This document shows, piece by piece, positions 38,501 to 50,453 of a DNA stretch of 64,000 nucleotides (within the stretch, counting starts at the first letter, position 1; the number at the start of each line of letters is the position of its first letter). The notes beneath the pieces were generated by a model, which was not told the origin of the DNA, ran no database searches, and was given only the letters and a program-made list of their open reading frames with translations. The position numbers were made by a program, and so were the translations under genes. The DNA is taken from assembly GCF_037042905.1 (NCBI RefSeq), contig NC_087245.1:6822001-6886000 (forward strand), in the 5' to 3' direction. The stretch is from Lytechinus pictus. Lineage: Eukaryota.

Positions 38501-41500
38501 CGACTTATTCACGTTGGAAGTCGACACAATATGACTTTGTCTTGTCAAGTCAGCTTTTAAATGTTTTAAGAAAGTTACGTTCTTCAGTGGCGCCTTGGAA
38601 ATAGATCATATTTTTATGTCGTCTTACAAGTTGATAAGTCGATATATTAACGGCTATATCTGCAAATCGACTTTATAGGCCTATCACATAAAGTGCCAAT
38701 AGTTTACTTTTCAAATCGGCATGACGACTTCAAATGTCAAAATTGAAATTGTCAAAAATAAGTAAGGGCGCAGTCTCATGTCGACTGTTTTCGACTCGCC
38801 GTACGGTGGCGGTAGGGGAAATGTGACTGCAGCATTAGTCGACACAATTTTATTATGAAGTATAACAACATTTCTGAGCTTCCGTAAACCCCAAACAATG
38901 GAAAAAAAGCAGCTATACGTACTCTGTCACTTTCCACATCATCGGGATATTCATCTTTCGTACAACCAGCAAAGCAGGCTGAGAAGTAGACGACACCATT
39001 GCTACCACATACGGGGTTGTAGGTTGCAGCACAGTGACAGTTGCTATTACATTCAGCAGTGAAATTAGTACTGTTCTCTTCATTTAGAGGAATGGACCTA
39101 GGAGCAACAGAAAGATGTCATGATCAGATGAAAGCGCAGTTTTAGGTCCCCAAATATATACCCCTATTGGTATTTTATTGATTGTAATCTAGGGAACTTC
39201 AATTTTAACAAGCGTTTATAGGGCGGACTTGAAGATTTATGCTTGTTGGGAGAAGCAATACTAATAATCGTGCAAAAAAAAATGTTCATATATTCTCTCA
39301 TATTGGTCAAAATCCTACCTAAAGTCTACATTACAAAGCATCTGGATACATCTGGATTTTTGGATGAAAATATGGTAGAATGTTATACAATATTTGGAAT
39401 TCATATCCTTCCCTAATTGCTGTATGAAGAGTAAAGGAAATCAGAGCGTTTTCTTTCTATGTTCTACTACTTACGTGTTATAGTACTGTACTGTAGCTCC
39501 CGCCATAGGAGGGTCGGGACAATAGGTTAAAAACAAAGACATGCACGCAAGAGAAAACATCAAAGAACCGATGCAAAACTTGACCATTCCCGAGAAAGAA
39601 AGTTTGAAATGTTTGACGAGGAAGGCTCCAATCAGACAACCAACACAACTCGACGGAATAACGATCAGACCTAGGATGGGAAAGATAATGAAAGATTAAA
39701 AATAAGAAAAAAAGTTTTAATTCACCATTGATTAAAGCAAAGAGATTTAGGTATCAAAGTGAGTTTAAAAGGTAGGAGAAAGAGAGAGAGAGAGAGAAAG
39801 GGGGGGGGGGGCAAAGAAAGAAAAGACGACAAATAAAATTGGGTAACACTTGAACAACGTATAACCAATCAAAGACAACAAGCTATGCCCTCAAATTTAC
39901 TTTATTATATATTTTTTTATAGAGTTGGTAATGATCGGAACAAACGTACCTGTCTGAAAGGCAGCATCACTTGAAGACAGTGAGAACTGTGATTCAAAAA
40001 ACTTGGGTCCAAATGCTGCAAGACACGAGATAATAAACCATTCGGTCGCTGCCGAACAATTTAACAACATGAATGGTTTATTGGTAACAAGATTGAGGGT
40101 GGCACGAGGAATATCACGTACAGAGTTGGCCAATCCGGTCTGAGTGATGAATTCTGACCCCTTCTGAGTTTGATGATGGTCGAGCTTACCATCGATATTT
40201 TTGGCGTCTGTTGGATAAACAATTAAGAATATAGATATTTAGTTTCACATAGATAGAAGTGGATTCAGTCAGTATTATCGAGGGATTGTGATTTGCAGGG
40301 ATACATCGGAGCCCCCCCCCCCCCACCCTTCCCCACCAACACCCCGGCCAACAAAAAATGTAGTATTAATACAGTAGATCAAGGAAGCGAATAACAACTT
40401 ACAGAAAATAAATTCACCGTTCATCTACACAATATAATTTCGGCAAAGCGTGGGAAATATGAGAAGTATTCAATAGGTTTACAATATTTGTTTGTTTTGA
40501 AATTGAGATTACAGTAACGAAAATGAAAGAAACAAATCGTTTCATTCAAAATACTTCATCTTTTTAGACAGTGTTAGGCAATGTAGCATATCGAAGACGT
40601 ATTATTAAGCAAGAGGCTCAGTTAGAGCAAGCAACTAACAAAATAACAAAATTATATGAAAATAATGAACCCTCTTAGTAAAGTTTATACAAAAATTTAT
40701 ATATATATTTCCTGAAGTTCCTACAAATTTGTTGTTTCAATGACACTTTTATACACTGAGACCGTCGACATCAAGTAACAGGTAACTCATATTAACGACG
40801 ATCTCCTACGTTAAAAAATACCTTACTTTAAAAAGAGAAAGCTGATTTCCCATATCTCTCTTTTGAAAAAAAGGAAAAGTGTATGTGTAAAAATGTGTTA
40901 CTGCATTTTGGCTGTAATATTATTAAACAAAATATAAGCTCAATAAAACGAAATAGCATTATCCCCTGAATAAAACTTATTACATTCCTCTTATCAGATA
41001 TATCTTTCATGACGTAGAGAAGGGATGCTTATCCCTAAAAGAATAAGTGTATGACGCTGCTAAATCGAAAAATGACATTAAAACGGACATTCTGAAGCTT
41101 TTCGAACATGCACTTATCAGAATGAATTTAGATTCAAGATTCAGTTTCCATTATTGTTACGTTCTTACATTTTGTTCTTTAGTCCGATTTTACTCTGGTA
41201 AATGCATGAATGCATGTCAAAAGATTAATTATGTCTGTTTTTAATCTTATTTCCCGATTATCCCTACTGAAAATGTAAGATTTTCTGGATTTTCTCCTTT
41301 TCATTCTCTCTCTTGTGTTCCTGCCCAGATTGTTTTATTTCCAGCCTTCACAGATGATGCCTAACGGAGCCACATTTTTGCAAGAAGATGAAAAATTAGG
41401 CTTGCGTAAGTGACAACAAGCAAAAATCACAATATAAAACAGGGTTGCATTTTAGGAATAATTTGTGATAGGTTTAAGGAATGATTTTTACCGACCTGGT

Positions 41501-42951
41501 AGATATTTTGGGAATCCAAGTAGTGGTAGAGTGACAATGAGAGCCATACATCCACTTGTGATAAAACCAATCCACCATGCTCCTACCCATAGAACACTGT
41601 CTGGTGTTAAACCCAAACTTTCAATAAAAAAAGGAAAGAAATATGAAATTCTAGTGCTAACATGAATTAATATTTTTGTTTAAAATGAACACAGCCGAAT
41701 GAATAGTCGTGCAAACTAATTTATCATGCTAACACTTCAGAGTTTACTCATAATTAGGCCCAATTAACACGAAAATTTCATATCAAATGTTATCAAAATT
41801 TTAAGATAATTCCTTCTCAGAAGTTTGAGTTCATTATCAGGCATTCAAAAAACATTTCATCGAACAAATGTTGCATAACAGAAGTCATCTACAATTTATT
41901 TTCAGGGGTGATATTTACAATTAAAAAAAAATGTATTTATTTTTCTCTCTGCATAAAATGAAATTATGATAAAATACATGAGGAATGATAAATACATAAC
42001 ATCAAAGACATATACATTACACGAAAAAATCATTGAGAGGGAAGCAGCCAAGAAGGAGAAAATGTCCTTAAAAAGGCCGACCCAATGAAAATTTCATCAT
42101 TGACAAAAATGTTACTCCCTTTCTCATCTTTGGTATTTTAACACTTTTTAGGTTTGGACCCGGGTGAAAATTTTGATATGAATGCTGAAGACTATAAATA
42201 AACCTACTTGGCTCACGTTTTGAGTCTTTTATTATGAAATGCAATGCGTTGTCGTTAAAGGGGCACTCGATTTGACAAACTTTCACTAAGGCTCAATCAA
42301 AAATGATATAAAATGATAACGATTTCTTGTATGATTAGAATGTTAGATAATTACGATTCACATTATTGAATCTGAATCAAAGCTCTAGATTACTATAAAG
42401 ACAGAGGGTAAATGAATGGAATTATTTAAAGGATAAAATACTAATATCAGATCCATGTACATGACGTATCAGTTCAACTGTGGACATGATGGTGACCATG
42501 GTGACGGTGTTCTAAGATGAATCCATCGCAGTCGTGGCCTCGGCCACTGTGATATCGTTCTCATTACAATCCTATTGTGTAGGGGAGGGAAATGGTTGAA
42601 AAGAGCGAAAGACATACCTCTCTGGATCTTCACCCGGGTCGACATAGATACTAAGAAAGTATCCACCAAGGAGATAGCCAAGAGCTGGACCTAGGATTGA
42701 GGTTGCTTGGATTATCCCTTCAGAAGACAATTATATAGAGACGAGAAAGAAAGAGAAGAGGATGTTGATTTAAAAAAACACCACGTAGGCCTATATTGCA
42801 AGTCTACCACTTAACTTGTTTGGTAAATAACTACAAAAACTACAAGAGGCAGCCTACAATCCACCATATTCCATACAAATCCATTTGTTAATTCATTTAC
42901 AGTGTTATTCAATGTATATACATGTATATTTACATATATATATATATGCTC

Positions 42952-42990
<39 letters not shown>

Positions 42991-45416
42991 GAAAGAAATG
43001 GATGAAGAGAACAATGGTAGGCGCGGTTTGTCATTGCTCAAAACCCACCTACACCCGACAAAGGAAATTATAATTGGTATAGTGTCGAAAATCTGTCTAT
43101 CTGACGGTCAATCGGATCGGGGTCGCCCTAGCCACTAACCCGTCTCTCCGTGGTCTAGTGGTTAAGGCACCGGCGTTCAAAGCTGGGGGCTCGGGTTCGA
43201 TTCCCGGCAGAGACATTTTTTCGGCATTGCCAATTTTTCCAAAGGGCAGATAGCTCTGGGGAACCTTGATTTAAGCTACGCCTACCATTGTTCTCTTCAT
43301 CCATTTCTTTTACAAAATATTTAAATAAAAGAGTTGCCAAAGCTGACAAGACATGTACTGTTAGGAAAACTTCTGTAGGCTTACCAAGATAAATGGATGC
43401 CATATGGGGCGACACGCTTTCGTCTATATAAGTAACTCCAAGTGTGTAGATGGGGGCGGCCCCCAGTCCATGAAGACATTGTGCTGCTATAAACACCCAG
43501 TAATAAGAGCTTAGTGTCGTGTTATCATTGTCATCAACATCACAAGGGTTTGTTACGTTTGATGTAGGATCACAAGTATCTGAATATAAAGTCTGGAAAT
43601 AAATTAATGCACTTGATTATTTTAAACATTCATTAATAAAAGACAACATATAGGAATATATTTGATGGAATTTAAGACATTTAACTTCAAATTGTTAATT
43701 ACTACGTCATTAGTAAATAAATAATTGAAAACAAAAGTGTAAAAACCATACTAATTTGGGCCATAATGTTTAGCGGTAACGCAGTTTTATATGCAATCCA
43801 AAATATTGCGAATATTCGTTCAATTGGTAGATAATTGGTAGGATGTAAAGCAATTATTTGTTCAAAAGCCTCCAATGGGTTATTTTTTTGTAGATATAAT
43901 GTATTAATTGCATGTGGAATCTTTTTAATTTTCTCTCTATATTCACAATTGTAAATATTCTATGTGACATTATATTAATCAGTATATCATTTACCGATGG
44001 CTCGTAGAGACCTGTAGTAAACTGTGGAAGGGCGAAGAGAAAAGAACCAGCAGCAAATATAAGGGCGCCGTTGCCGAGCCATAGGGGCTTATTGCCATTC
44101 TCTCCAAAATATGTTACCCCTAAAACAACGACAAGGAGAGCAAGATCGTAACAGGAGGCCAGGAAGCCGCTTTGCACACTGGGAAGACTAAATCGCTGCT
44201 CCAATGTGGTGGTAACAGTATAGACAATACCACTAGTCACGTAACTTTGGGTGAAAGCGAAACCACAGAGCCATACTAGAAATCCTTTGGGATTGTTGCA
44301 ACACTGCAAAGAGAACAAATTTGGGCGCAATATGGGAAGACGAGAGAGCGAGAGAAGAGAGTAAGATAATTAATACAGTGGAAATAGAGAACTTAAAATC
44401 ATGATCATCAGAAATCCTCTCCAGATTGAGAGCTAGAGTTATATCATCAAGATCACCCCCAAATATTTATATATTGAAAAATTCAAATTTTGTTCTCGAC
44501 ACACTGGAAATTATATGGCTCGAACATAAAGTTTATTGACATGGTCTACCAATACAGGTGAACTTACTTTCATAAAATTATATGTATGTTATGAAATGTC
44601 TGAAAAAGATTCAGTAGTAAAATACCCAACAATGTTTAGGCCTATCTTTATACAATGACAAAGTGATTCGAGTTAAATGGCATGGGATGGGGTTATGTGT
44701 ACACCCCAGCAATGTACAAGATACTGTTTGTGGGACATAGAAAGCATCGACTTTTCAACTAAAAAAAAGGTTAGGTTACCAGTTAAAGCTCCCACTTTCC
44801 TGGTTAAAATATGGACCTACTATAGGTCCATGCTTATTAAAGTGACTTTTTGACATCATCTGTATGGTCTATTATGGAGGCATGTAGGGCTGGTAAAGTA
44901 TGGACAGGTTAAAACACAAAGGTGCATTTTTTGGCTTGTTCTTGGGGGTGATCTTTGTTATGTAGTAAATAAGGCACTATCGTGCTGCAGTCACAACGAC
45001 TAAGCCGGAACTGAATCCAAACTGACTGATGATATTCCATTCCAAATAGCTTTGATCGGTCTGGATGGAGTCAGTTTCGCGGTGTGACTAGATCTTTACT
45101 ATTCTGCAGTGTTATTCAGTTTAGCGGTTCACCGTTATTTGCACTATTGGTGTACTAAGATTGTGCAATTAACAACATATATTCATCAACTATGTACCTG
45201 TAACCATGACGGCCGTAAAGAAAAACAACCAAACCGTTGTCGTCCTTCGCTTCGAACAACGTCGTGTATACTCTTCTCTCTCGACGAGCACGTTATCGAC
45301 AATGATTGTGACGATGACGTACGGAGCGCCACAGATTCATCGCTGATCGAATTGTATTCGTTATGTTGGTCAGAGGACAAAAGAGGGGATGAGTCTGTTG
45401 TCATTGCAGTCGACAT
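35215..45416 (-). CDS. SLCO4A1: SLCO/OATP gene B, SLCO4A1-like, complete, about 717 aa. join(45198-45416, 43995-44303, 43385-43592, 42618-42717, 41496-41617, 39950-40207, 39475-39670, 38923-39097, 37996-38177, 36689-36753, 35215-35534)
   Basis: 11 GT-AG exons sum to 2154 nt with an open frame. OATP signature DSVLWVGAWWIGF, Kazal-like CNSNCHC..YNPVCGSNG...ACFAGC, YRLLGTVPGPII, TGA at 35217-35215. An in-frame TGA lies just upstream of the ATG in the same exon. Confidence 0.95.
36689..36753 (-). CDS. Gene B coding exon 10 (65 nt)
   Basis: SVSHSQRAYGLGIQSFIYRLL; same length as the matching gene C exon. Confidence 0.93.
36765..37362 (+). mobile_element. Degraded 3' end of a CR1-group LINE
   Basis: NVHNYNTR...FHL ORF2 C-terminal-like motif, followed by AATAAA and an (ATTG)n tail. 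Confidence 0.5.
36896..36997. mobile_element. 102-bp mini-MITE inserted into a LINE 3' remnant
   Basis: Perfect 15-bp TIR CAGGGGCCGCGGAAC; TAACA on both sides. Confidence 0.7.
37996..38177 (-). CDS. Gene B coding exon 9
   Basis: VYQDCKCI...GLCEDEFCDKKPLFMAG...VPSILATM; ag|gtgagt donor. Confidence 0.93.
38923..39097 (-). CDS. Gene B coding exon 8 (Kazal-like ECL5)
   Basis: NFTAECNSNCHCAATYNPVCGSNGVVYFSACFAGC. Confidence 0.95.
39475..39670 (-). CDS. Gene B coding exon 7 (196 nt)
   Basis: LIVIPSSCVGCLIGAFLVKHFKL...CPDPPMAGATVQY. Confidence 0.93.
39950..40207 (-). CDS. Gene B coding exon 6
   Basis: ...RDIPRATLNLVTNKPFM...FGPKFFESQFSLSSSDAA. Confidence 0.93.
41496..41617 (-). CDS. Gene B coding exon 5 (122 nt, OATP signature)
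   Basis: LGLTPDSVLWVGAWWIGFITSG...LGFPKYLP. Confidence 0.95.
42618..42717 (-). CDS. Gene B coding exon 4 (100 nt)
   Basis: IIQATSILGPALGYLLGGYFLSIYVDP. Confidence 0.93.
42933..42986. repeat. (TA)n microsatellite
   Basis: Direct reading. Confidence 0.95.
42987..43315 (+). mobile_element. Non-autonomous TIR element (37-bp TIRs) carrying a tRNA-like unit, beside (TA)n, in an intron of gene B
   Basis: TIRs 42987-43023 and 43279-43315 match at 36/37 positions. Confidence 0.8.
43142..43215 (+). tRNA. tRNA-like cloverleaf, anticodon TCA, imperfect acceptor stem (probably a repeat-borne pseudo-tRNA)
   Basis: D stem GTCT/AGGC, anticodon stem CCGGC/GCTGG with loop GTTCAAA, T stem TCGGG/CCCGG with loop TTCGATT, T6 run at 43216-43221. 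Confidence 0.55.
43385..43592 (-). CDS. Gene B coding exon 3
   Basis: TLYSDTCDP...AQCLHGLGAAPIYTLGVTYIDESV; g|gtaagc donor. Confidence 0.93.
43995..44303 (-). CDS. Gene B coding exon 2
   Basis: CCNNPKGFLVWL...LPQFTTGLYEPS|gtaaat. Confidence 0.95.
45198..45416 (-). CDS. Gene B coding exon 1 (acceptor at 45451)
   Basis: MSTAMTTDSSPLL...FGCFSLRPSWLQ|gtacat. Confidence 0.88.
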
Positions 45417-46713
45417 TGTTGAAGAGTTCGACAATGGACGATCTAGTCAACCTAAATAATTTCAACGAAATTGCGTGAACTGGTTAATAATTATTGATAA
45501 TCAATAACAATGTGTTAAAATGAGCAAGACAACATGCAAACAAGTAGATTAGACAATACATGAACTTCAAAATCAACCAAATCATTGGTTAAAACCTACC
45601 AAATTGTGCTGCACTCAACCCAGGTAAAGGCACCAGGTAAGAAGAAACTCCTTGTATGGGCAGCGCAGCTAAAGCTGTGATAATAGCAGTGCTTTTTATT
45701 CTCAGGCAAAAAGCGTTGTATAAATCCAGCTACTGTTATTTTCCATTATTATTATTATGCCAAATTTATGCTGTAAAATGAATCACATTTTGTATGTTGT
45801 ATCATGTTAATTATTTGATAATCAGACTCAATTGTCCAAACGGCGTATGGAAAAAGACAAGATGACTTTATATTTCCGCATAATTACCAGCTTATAGACA
45901 AACTGTAAACAGACTTTCATTCTACATGCATTGTCTAGCATATATATAAACCTACCGTATTCAGTTAGCGCCGTAAAGTGCGAGGCATGTGTGATGAAAT
46001 AGGTTTTTCGAAATTTCGGACTTTGGATTATCATATCAATATTGCTACAATTCGATGTCCAAAAATAGCTTAATATATTTAAAGCATGTGAATGTAAACT
46101 TATAAAACTGAGCTTAAGATAGCTAACACATGCCCAGTACTGCACATGCCTATATACTGTATTTACTATTCAACTTTGGGGTTAGCATTACTCTATCCTT
46201 CAACCTATATGTGATTGAATTAGTAAACGAAAACAATTGAAGTCAAACATGAAGCTTTTCAGCTCAATGCTTCTCAAGTTTACTTCATGATTTACCCGTT
46301 ACTCTGATATTCGAATAAATAGATCTTTCTTTGAAAACATCCAGTAATTATAATTGACTGACAATGACCACTAAAGTAACTGACCGTTATCACGATGATT
46401 TTACTCACCCCTTGACCCTCGTGTAGTTTTGTGTGTGTGTCACAATCTTATCTTTTTTCACGTAATAACAGTACTTTAACAACGTACCTGGAATCAAACC
46501 AGATGTGTAAAATCTACATAATTCCTTGTGATAAATGAATAAATGAAATAAAATATAAAAATATCCATTAACGTATATGAACAATTCAAGAAACAAAACT
46601 TTTGTTGTGATTGGCATAGGGACATCTACATAATGAATGGCCTCGTGATCATGGAGTCCGTAGTAGCTGACGGTGATAAAGATTGGAGTGGTACTCGGGT
46701 TGTAACTCGTGAC

Positions 46714-48184
46714 CAGTGGCGTACCTGGCATATTTCGTCAGGGGGGGCAAGCGACAAGGATGAGCAAGGTGGGGGGGGGGGGTTGTAGGCATGGACGTAT
46801 ATAGGCACAATTTTTTCAGGGGGGCTGATAATCAATATTATTGAATATCAACTTCACAGTTTTTAATTTTCGAGCGAGCGAAGCGAACGAACATTTTTTT
46901 TCAATTATTATTTAGCCTTTTTACATGATGTGAAACGTGCAGAAATTATACATTTGGTCATAAAATTACCAATACACGAGGATATTTGGGCACCTCGCAG
47001 TCCTCGTTGCCCTGTATTTTGCAGCCAACCCCCCTACACGTTTGGATGTGTAGGTCTGGAAGTGGCACTGAAGATGGGAAAGGTTACCCAGGGAGTGCCC
47101 AATAAAACAGTTGGGATCTTGCTACTACTGATATTTGCTATTGGGCGATTGCACTTTATTGTCGAACTTAATTATTTTTTTTAAATATCATTCCAGAAAT
47201 GAAATGTATTGGATCGTGATCGATATATTTCTAATCAAGTGGTAATTGCAATGTTTATATTAAAATACTTCTTTTATAACCATGAACAAATTGGTTTCTA
47301 ACTGAATAATTAATTGATGCGAACGCAAAGAGCGAGCGGAAGCAAAAAAAATTGCATGAAGAGAGAAGAAAGTCTCGTTTAGGTTGTTATTCTTTTGACC
47401 ATAAACGAAGGAAAAAACAACAAAATTTATACCTTTCTTCCCCTTTCTCCTTTCGCCTTTTCTTTTTCTCCTTTCCCCTTCTTTTTTTTTCTTTTTAGGA
47501 GCGTTTTTTTTTCTGGCTACGCGCCTGCTAGACAGTATATGTAAGCAAGAAGCGCGAGCTGAAATTTTTGATATTCCGGCCTAAGAACTGGATATTATAA
47601 GCACTTTTTGTAACCGTGAACAAATTGGTTTCTAACTAATCAATTGACGCGAGCGCGAAGTGCGAGCTGAAAATTTTTGATATTTCAACCTGAAAACTAG
47701 ACATTTATCCAACTAAAATTTGTCCAACTAAAAAATTGATGCGACCGCTATGCGCGAAATTTTTATTGTTATAATTATATTACCTAAAGGTTGTTCTCTA
47801 ACTTTTTGCTGTCCCTGGTCAGCCCAGTCCGTCCTCACTATCGGTACAGAGAGCTCTAAAAGTCACATTGCGTAAAAATAACAATTTACCGATAAAAGTG
47901 TATAGTTTAATTGACATTTACCGACTAAGATGGTGGAACTAAAAAACCGAATCAGTTGGAACAGCCCCGTGTGCCTGACAGTTTATAATTTTTTCCGACA
48001 GTCTGCGGTCCAGTTTTTTTGTTTTCCCCTTTCTCATAAACTCTTTCTTCTTTTTCCCCTTCTCCCTTTTTTTTCTCTCTTTCCTCTTTTCTTTTTTCTT
48101 TCCCTTTTTTCGCTTCCTTTTTTTTGCTTGTGACTCGTCAGGGGGGTGGACAGTCTGCCCCCTGTCCCCTTAGGTACGCTAGTG
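46714..48184. mobile_element. Composite hAT-like non-autonomous element with 8-bp TSD
   Basis: TSD CTCGTGAC (46706-46713, 48185-48192); termini CAGTGGCGTACCT / AGGTACGCTAGTG; internal GCGAGCGCGAAGCGCGAG units and pyrimidine tracts. Confidence 0.8.
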
Positions 48185-48573
48185 CTCGTGACTGTTCTAT
48201 ACTCCTACCCATATAGCAGACCCAGTTGAATTTCTACTATACCTTGTTTTTGCCGTTCAAAGCAAATATTGATAATCTAGAGAAAGGCAGAATAGCAATG
48301 GAATAGAAAGAAACACATACACAAAAAAAGAAAACAATAGCTTAACACTAAGTGTTCGAGCGAGCGGTAGGCCTAAAGAGGTTTTTAGGCATGTAATGAA
48401 TGTACAACTCACATTATAAATTTACATATAATTATGTGAACATATATCTACGTCTTTATTTTTTCTGGTAATATCATAAACACAATGTTAAAAAAACTTC
48501 TAGCAACACCATAAAAGGTTTAGGATATCAAATGCTGTTTTGACAAAGTGAATTAAATAAATTATTAACTTAC

Positions 48574-48721
48574 CGGGTGCATTACAACGTCCTACTCGGC
48601 CTTCCGTGTATTTCCGATCTGTTTGATAACCTTGAGAAAGGCTACAGAACTTTCATTATATTTCCATCATGATGTACTACAGCTGTGTAATGGATGGATG
48701 TTTAGTCTAATCAAATTTATA
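48574..48721 (-). promoter_or_regulatory. Candidate TATA box and 5'-UTR first exon of gene B
   Basis: TATAAAT at 48721-48715 (minus) and donor CCG|GTAAGT at 48573. The exon acceptor at 45451 implies an upstream exon. Confidence 0.4.
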
Positions 48722-50380
48722 TCTACGTACCAGCATTTTAATCAATAGTTCGAACACTCAATTCTGAAAGTGGCTTTACTTGGTGTACTGATACCTTCCA
48801 GGTCATAATAGTTTGATGCGTAGTGTTTTGTTCGCCAGACCGGCAGATCATACAACCAGTCCCGTACACTCCGTACACCTATAAAGACAAAGTTTACTGG
48901 TATGGTAAAATAAGACGGGGTGTTTTTGAAATTTATATTGTGTGATGAATAATTAATAAAGCTACATTTTATAATTCGGCATGATTTATTCCTTTTCTCA
49001 GCATAAAAGTCATTATGATTAGGCCTACAAACATCTATAGAAAAAAAATGGAAAGATAAGAAATAAAAAGTATAGTGATAGACTGGTGCGAAGTAGCTTC
49101 CGGTTAAGGTCTGATATATTGAGAAGCCCATACATGAAATAAGATCAAAACAATCGTTAATTTTGTCTAGCTTTTCGTCAAGTCTGCGAATTGTCATACC
49201 CCCCTCTTGAAGGAATCTTAAAACACATCCAACGTGTGTAAAAAAAACATTGTTTACAACATGATAAAGTTAGGTGGTATTGGACTTTGATCATCATACG
49301 CCCATCTTACTTCAGGATCCATATTATTTTAAATCCATCGTACGATGTTGATAAAGCCAGATAACGACGATTTGTAAGTAGGCCTATACTATACTTTATA
49401 ATGTATACATATTCACTCCGGATAAAGTTCTTAAGGTGGTAACTGTTACGCGATCCCCCCCCCCCCCCTCCTAAAAAAAGGGGAACCTTCCATCGGGTAA
49501 TAGATGATTGTATGTTTACCAAAATTCAAGTCACAATTATGATATAAAGGCTTTCTTCTGTAATACATAGTTCCTTATTATCAGGAAATATAAGCAGTGT
49601 TAGAAATTGTCAGTTAATCTGATGTTACTACCAACTTCCTTTATCCAAATGCTTATGATGGATCAAGTGTATAGTGTTGTTTTATACATAAAAACAAACA
49701 AGCAATATTTACAGTTATGTATCATGGAACATGTACACTGTATAATACAAATCATTGATTATGTGAATTATGTGATAGTTATCAAGATGACACTGACACC
49801 AGAACACCGCTACTAATAAGAAGTTTATACAGAATTCATTTTCTAAAACGTTAAGAGCCCTTGACTAATACGGTAATCCGCCCATAGTAATTGTTAGCTA
49901 ATATTATTTATGTTCAATATAAATTTAATCAAAGTCAAGTTTTATCAATTTGCATGATGATAAGATGGGAGTTAGCTTCTGAGTTAACCTTTGGCCTCGA
50001 GCTGTGACTTAAGAAGATGAACAAATAATCGTTTGATTACAAAAATCAATTAGTGCAACAAGCGAATTTATATTGCTCTACGATAGAAAATCCTTCTCAG
50101 TCTGTGTTCTATTTCAGCTTCACCAATTCAAAAGATTGGAGTATTTCCTTTCCTTATTTACAACGCAGTTCTTTTGTGAATTTTAACATCTCTATCATCT
50201 TCACAATTTTGTTGAGGATCAACCAGAAATTTTGCCTTCTCTTTGTGATCAACTATTCGGACTGAAAAAAAATGGAGACATAAACTGTATAGACTGTTCG
50301 CTTCTCCCATTTCACTTCTGATTCACAAATCCGTTTTATTTTAGATATCGCTCACATAACCAATTAATGTCGTCTTTTAA

Positions 50381-50453
50381 TGATAAATAATAGCAATAGA
50401 AGAGGAAACTGCGTCTTCAAGCTATTCATCAGGATCGAACGTAACTACGTAAG
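50381..50453 (+). promoter_or_regulatory. Candidate 5'-UTR first exon of gene C
   Basis: Consensus donor AAG|GTGAGT at 50454; the acceptor at 52898 implies an upstream exon; start of exon uncertain. Confidence 0.35.

Noticed and set aside
43142..43215. Selenocysteine tRNA call based on the TCA anticodon
   Set aside because: No long variable arm or extended acceptor stem; embedded in a TIR element
48742..49197. 151-aa minus-strand ORF between genes B and C
   Set aside because: No recognisable domain and no convincing splice context; compatible with chance
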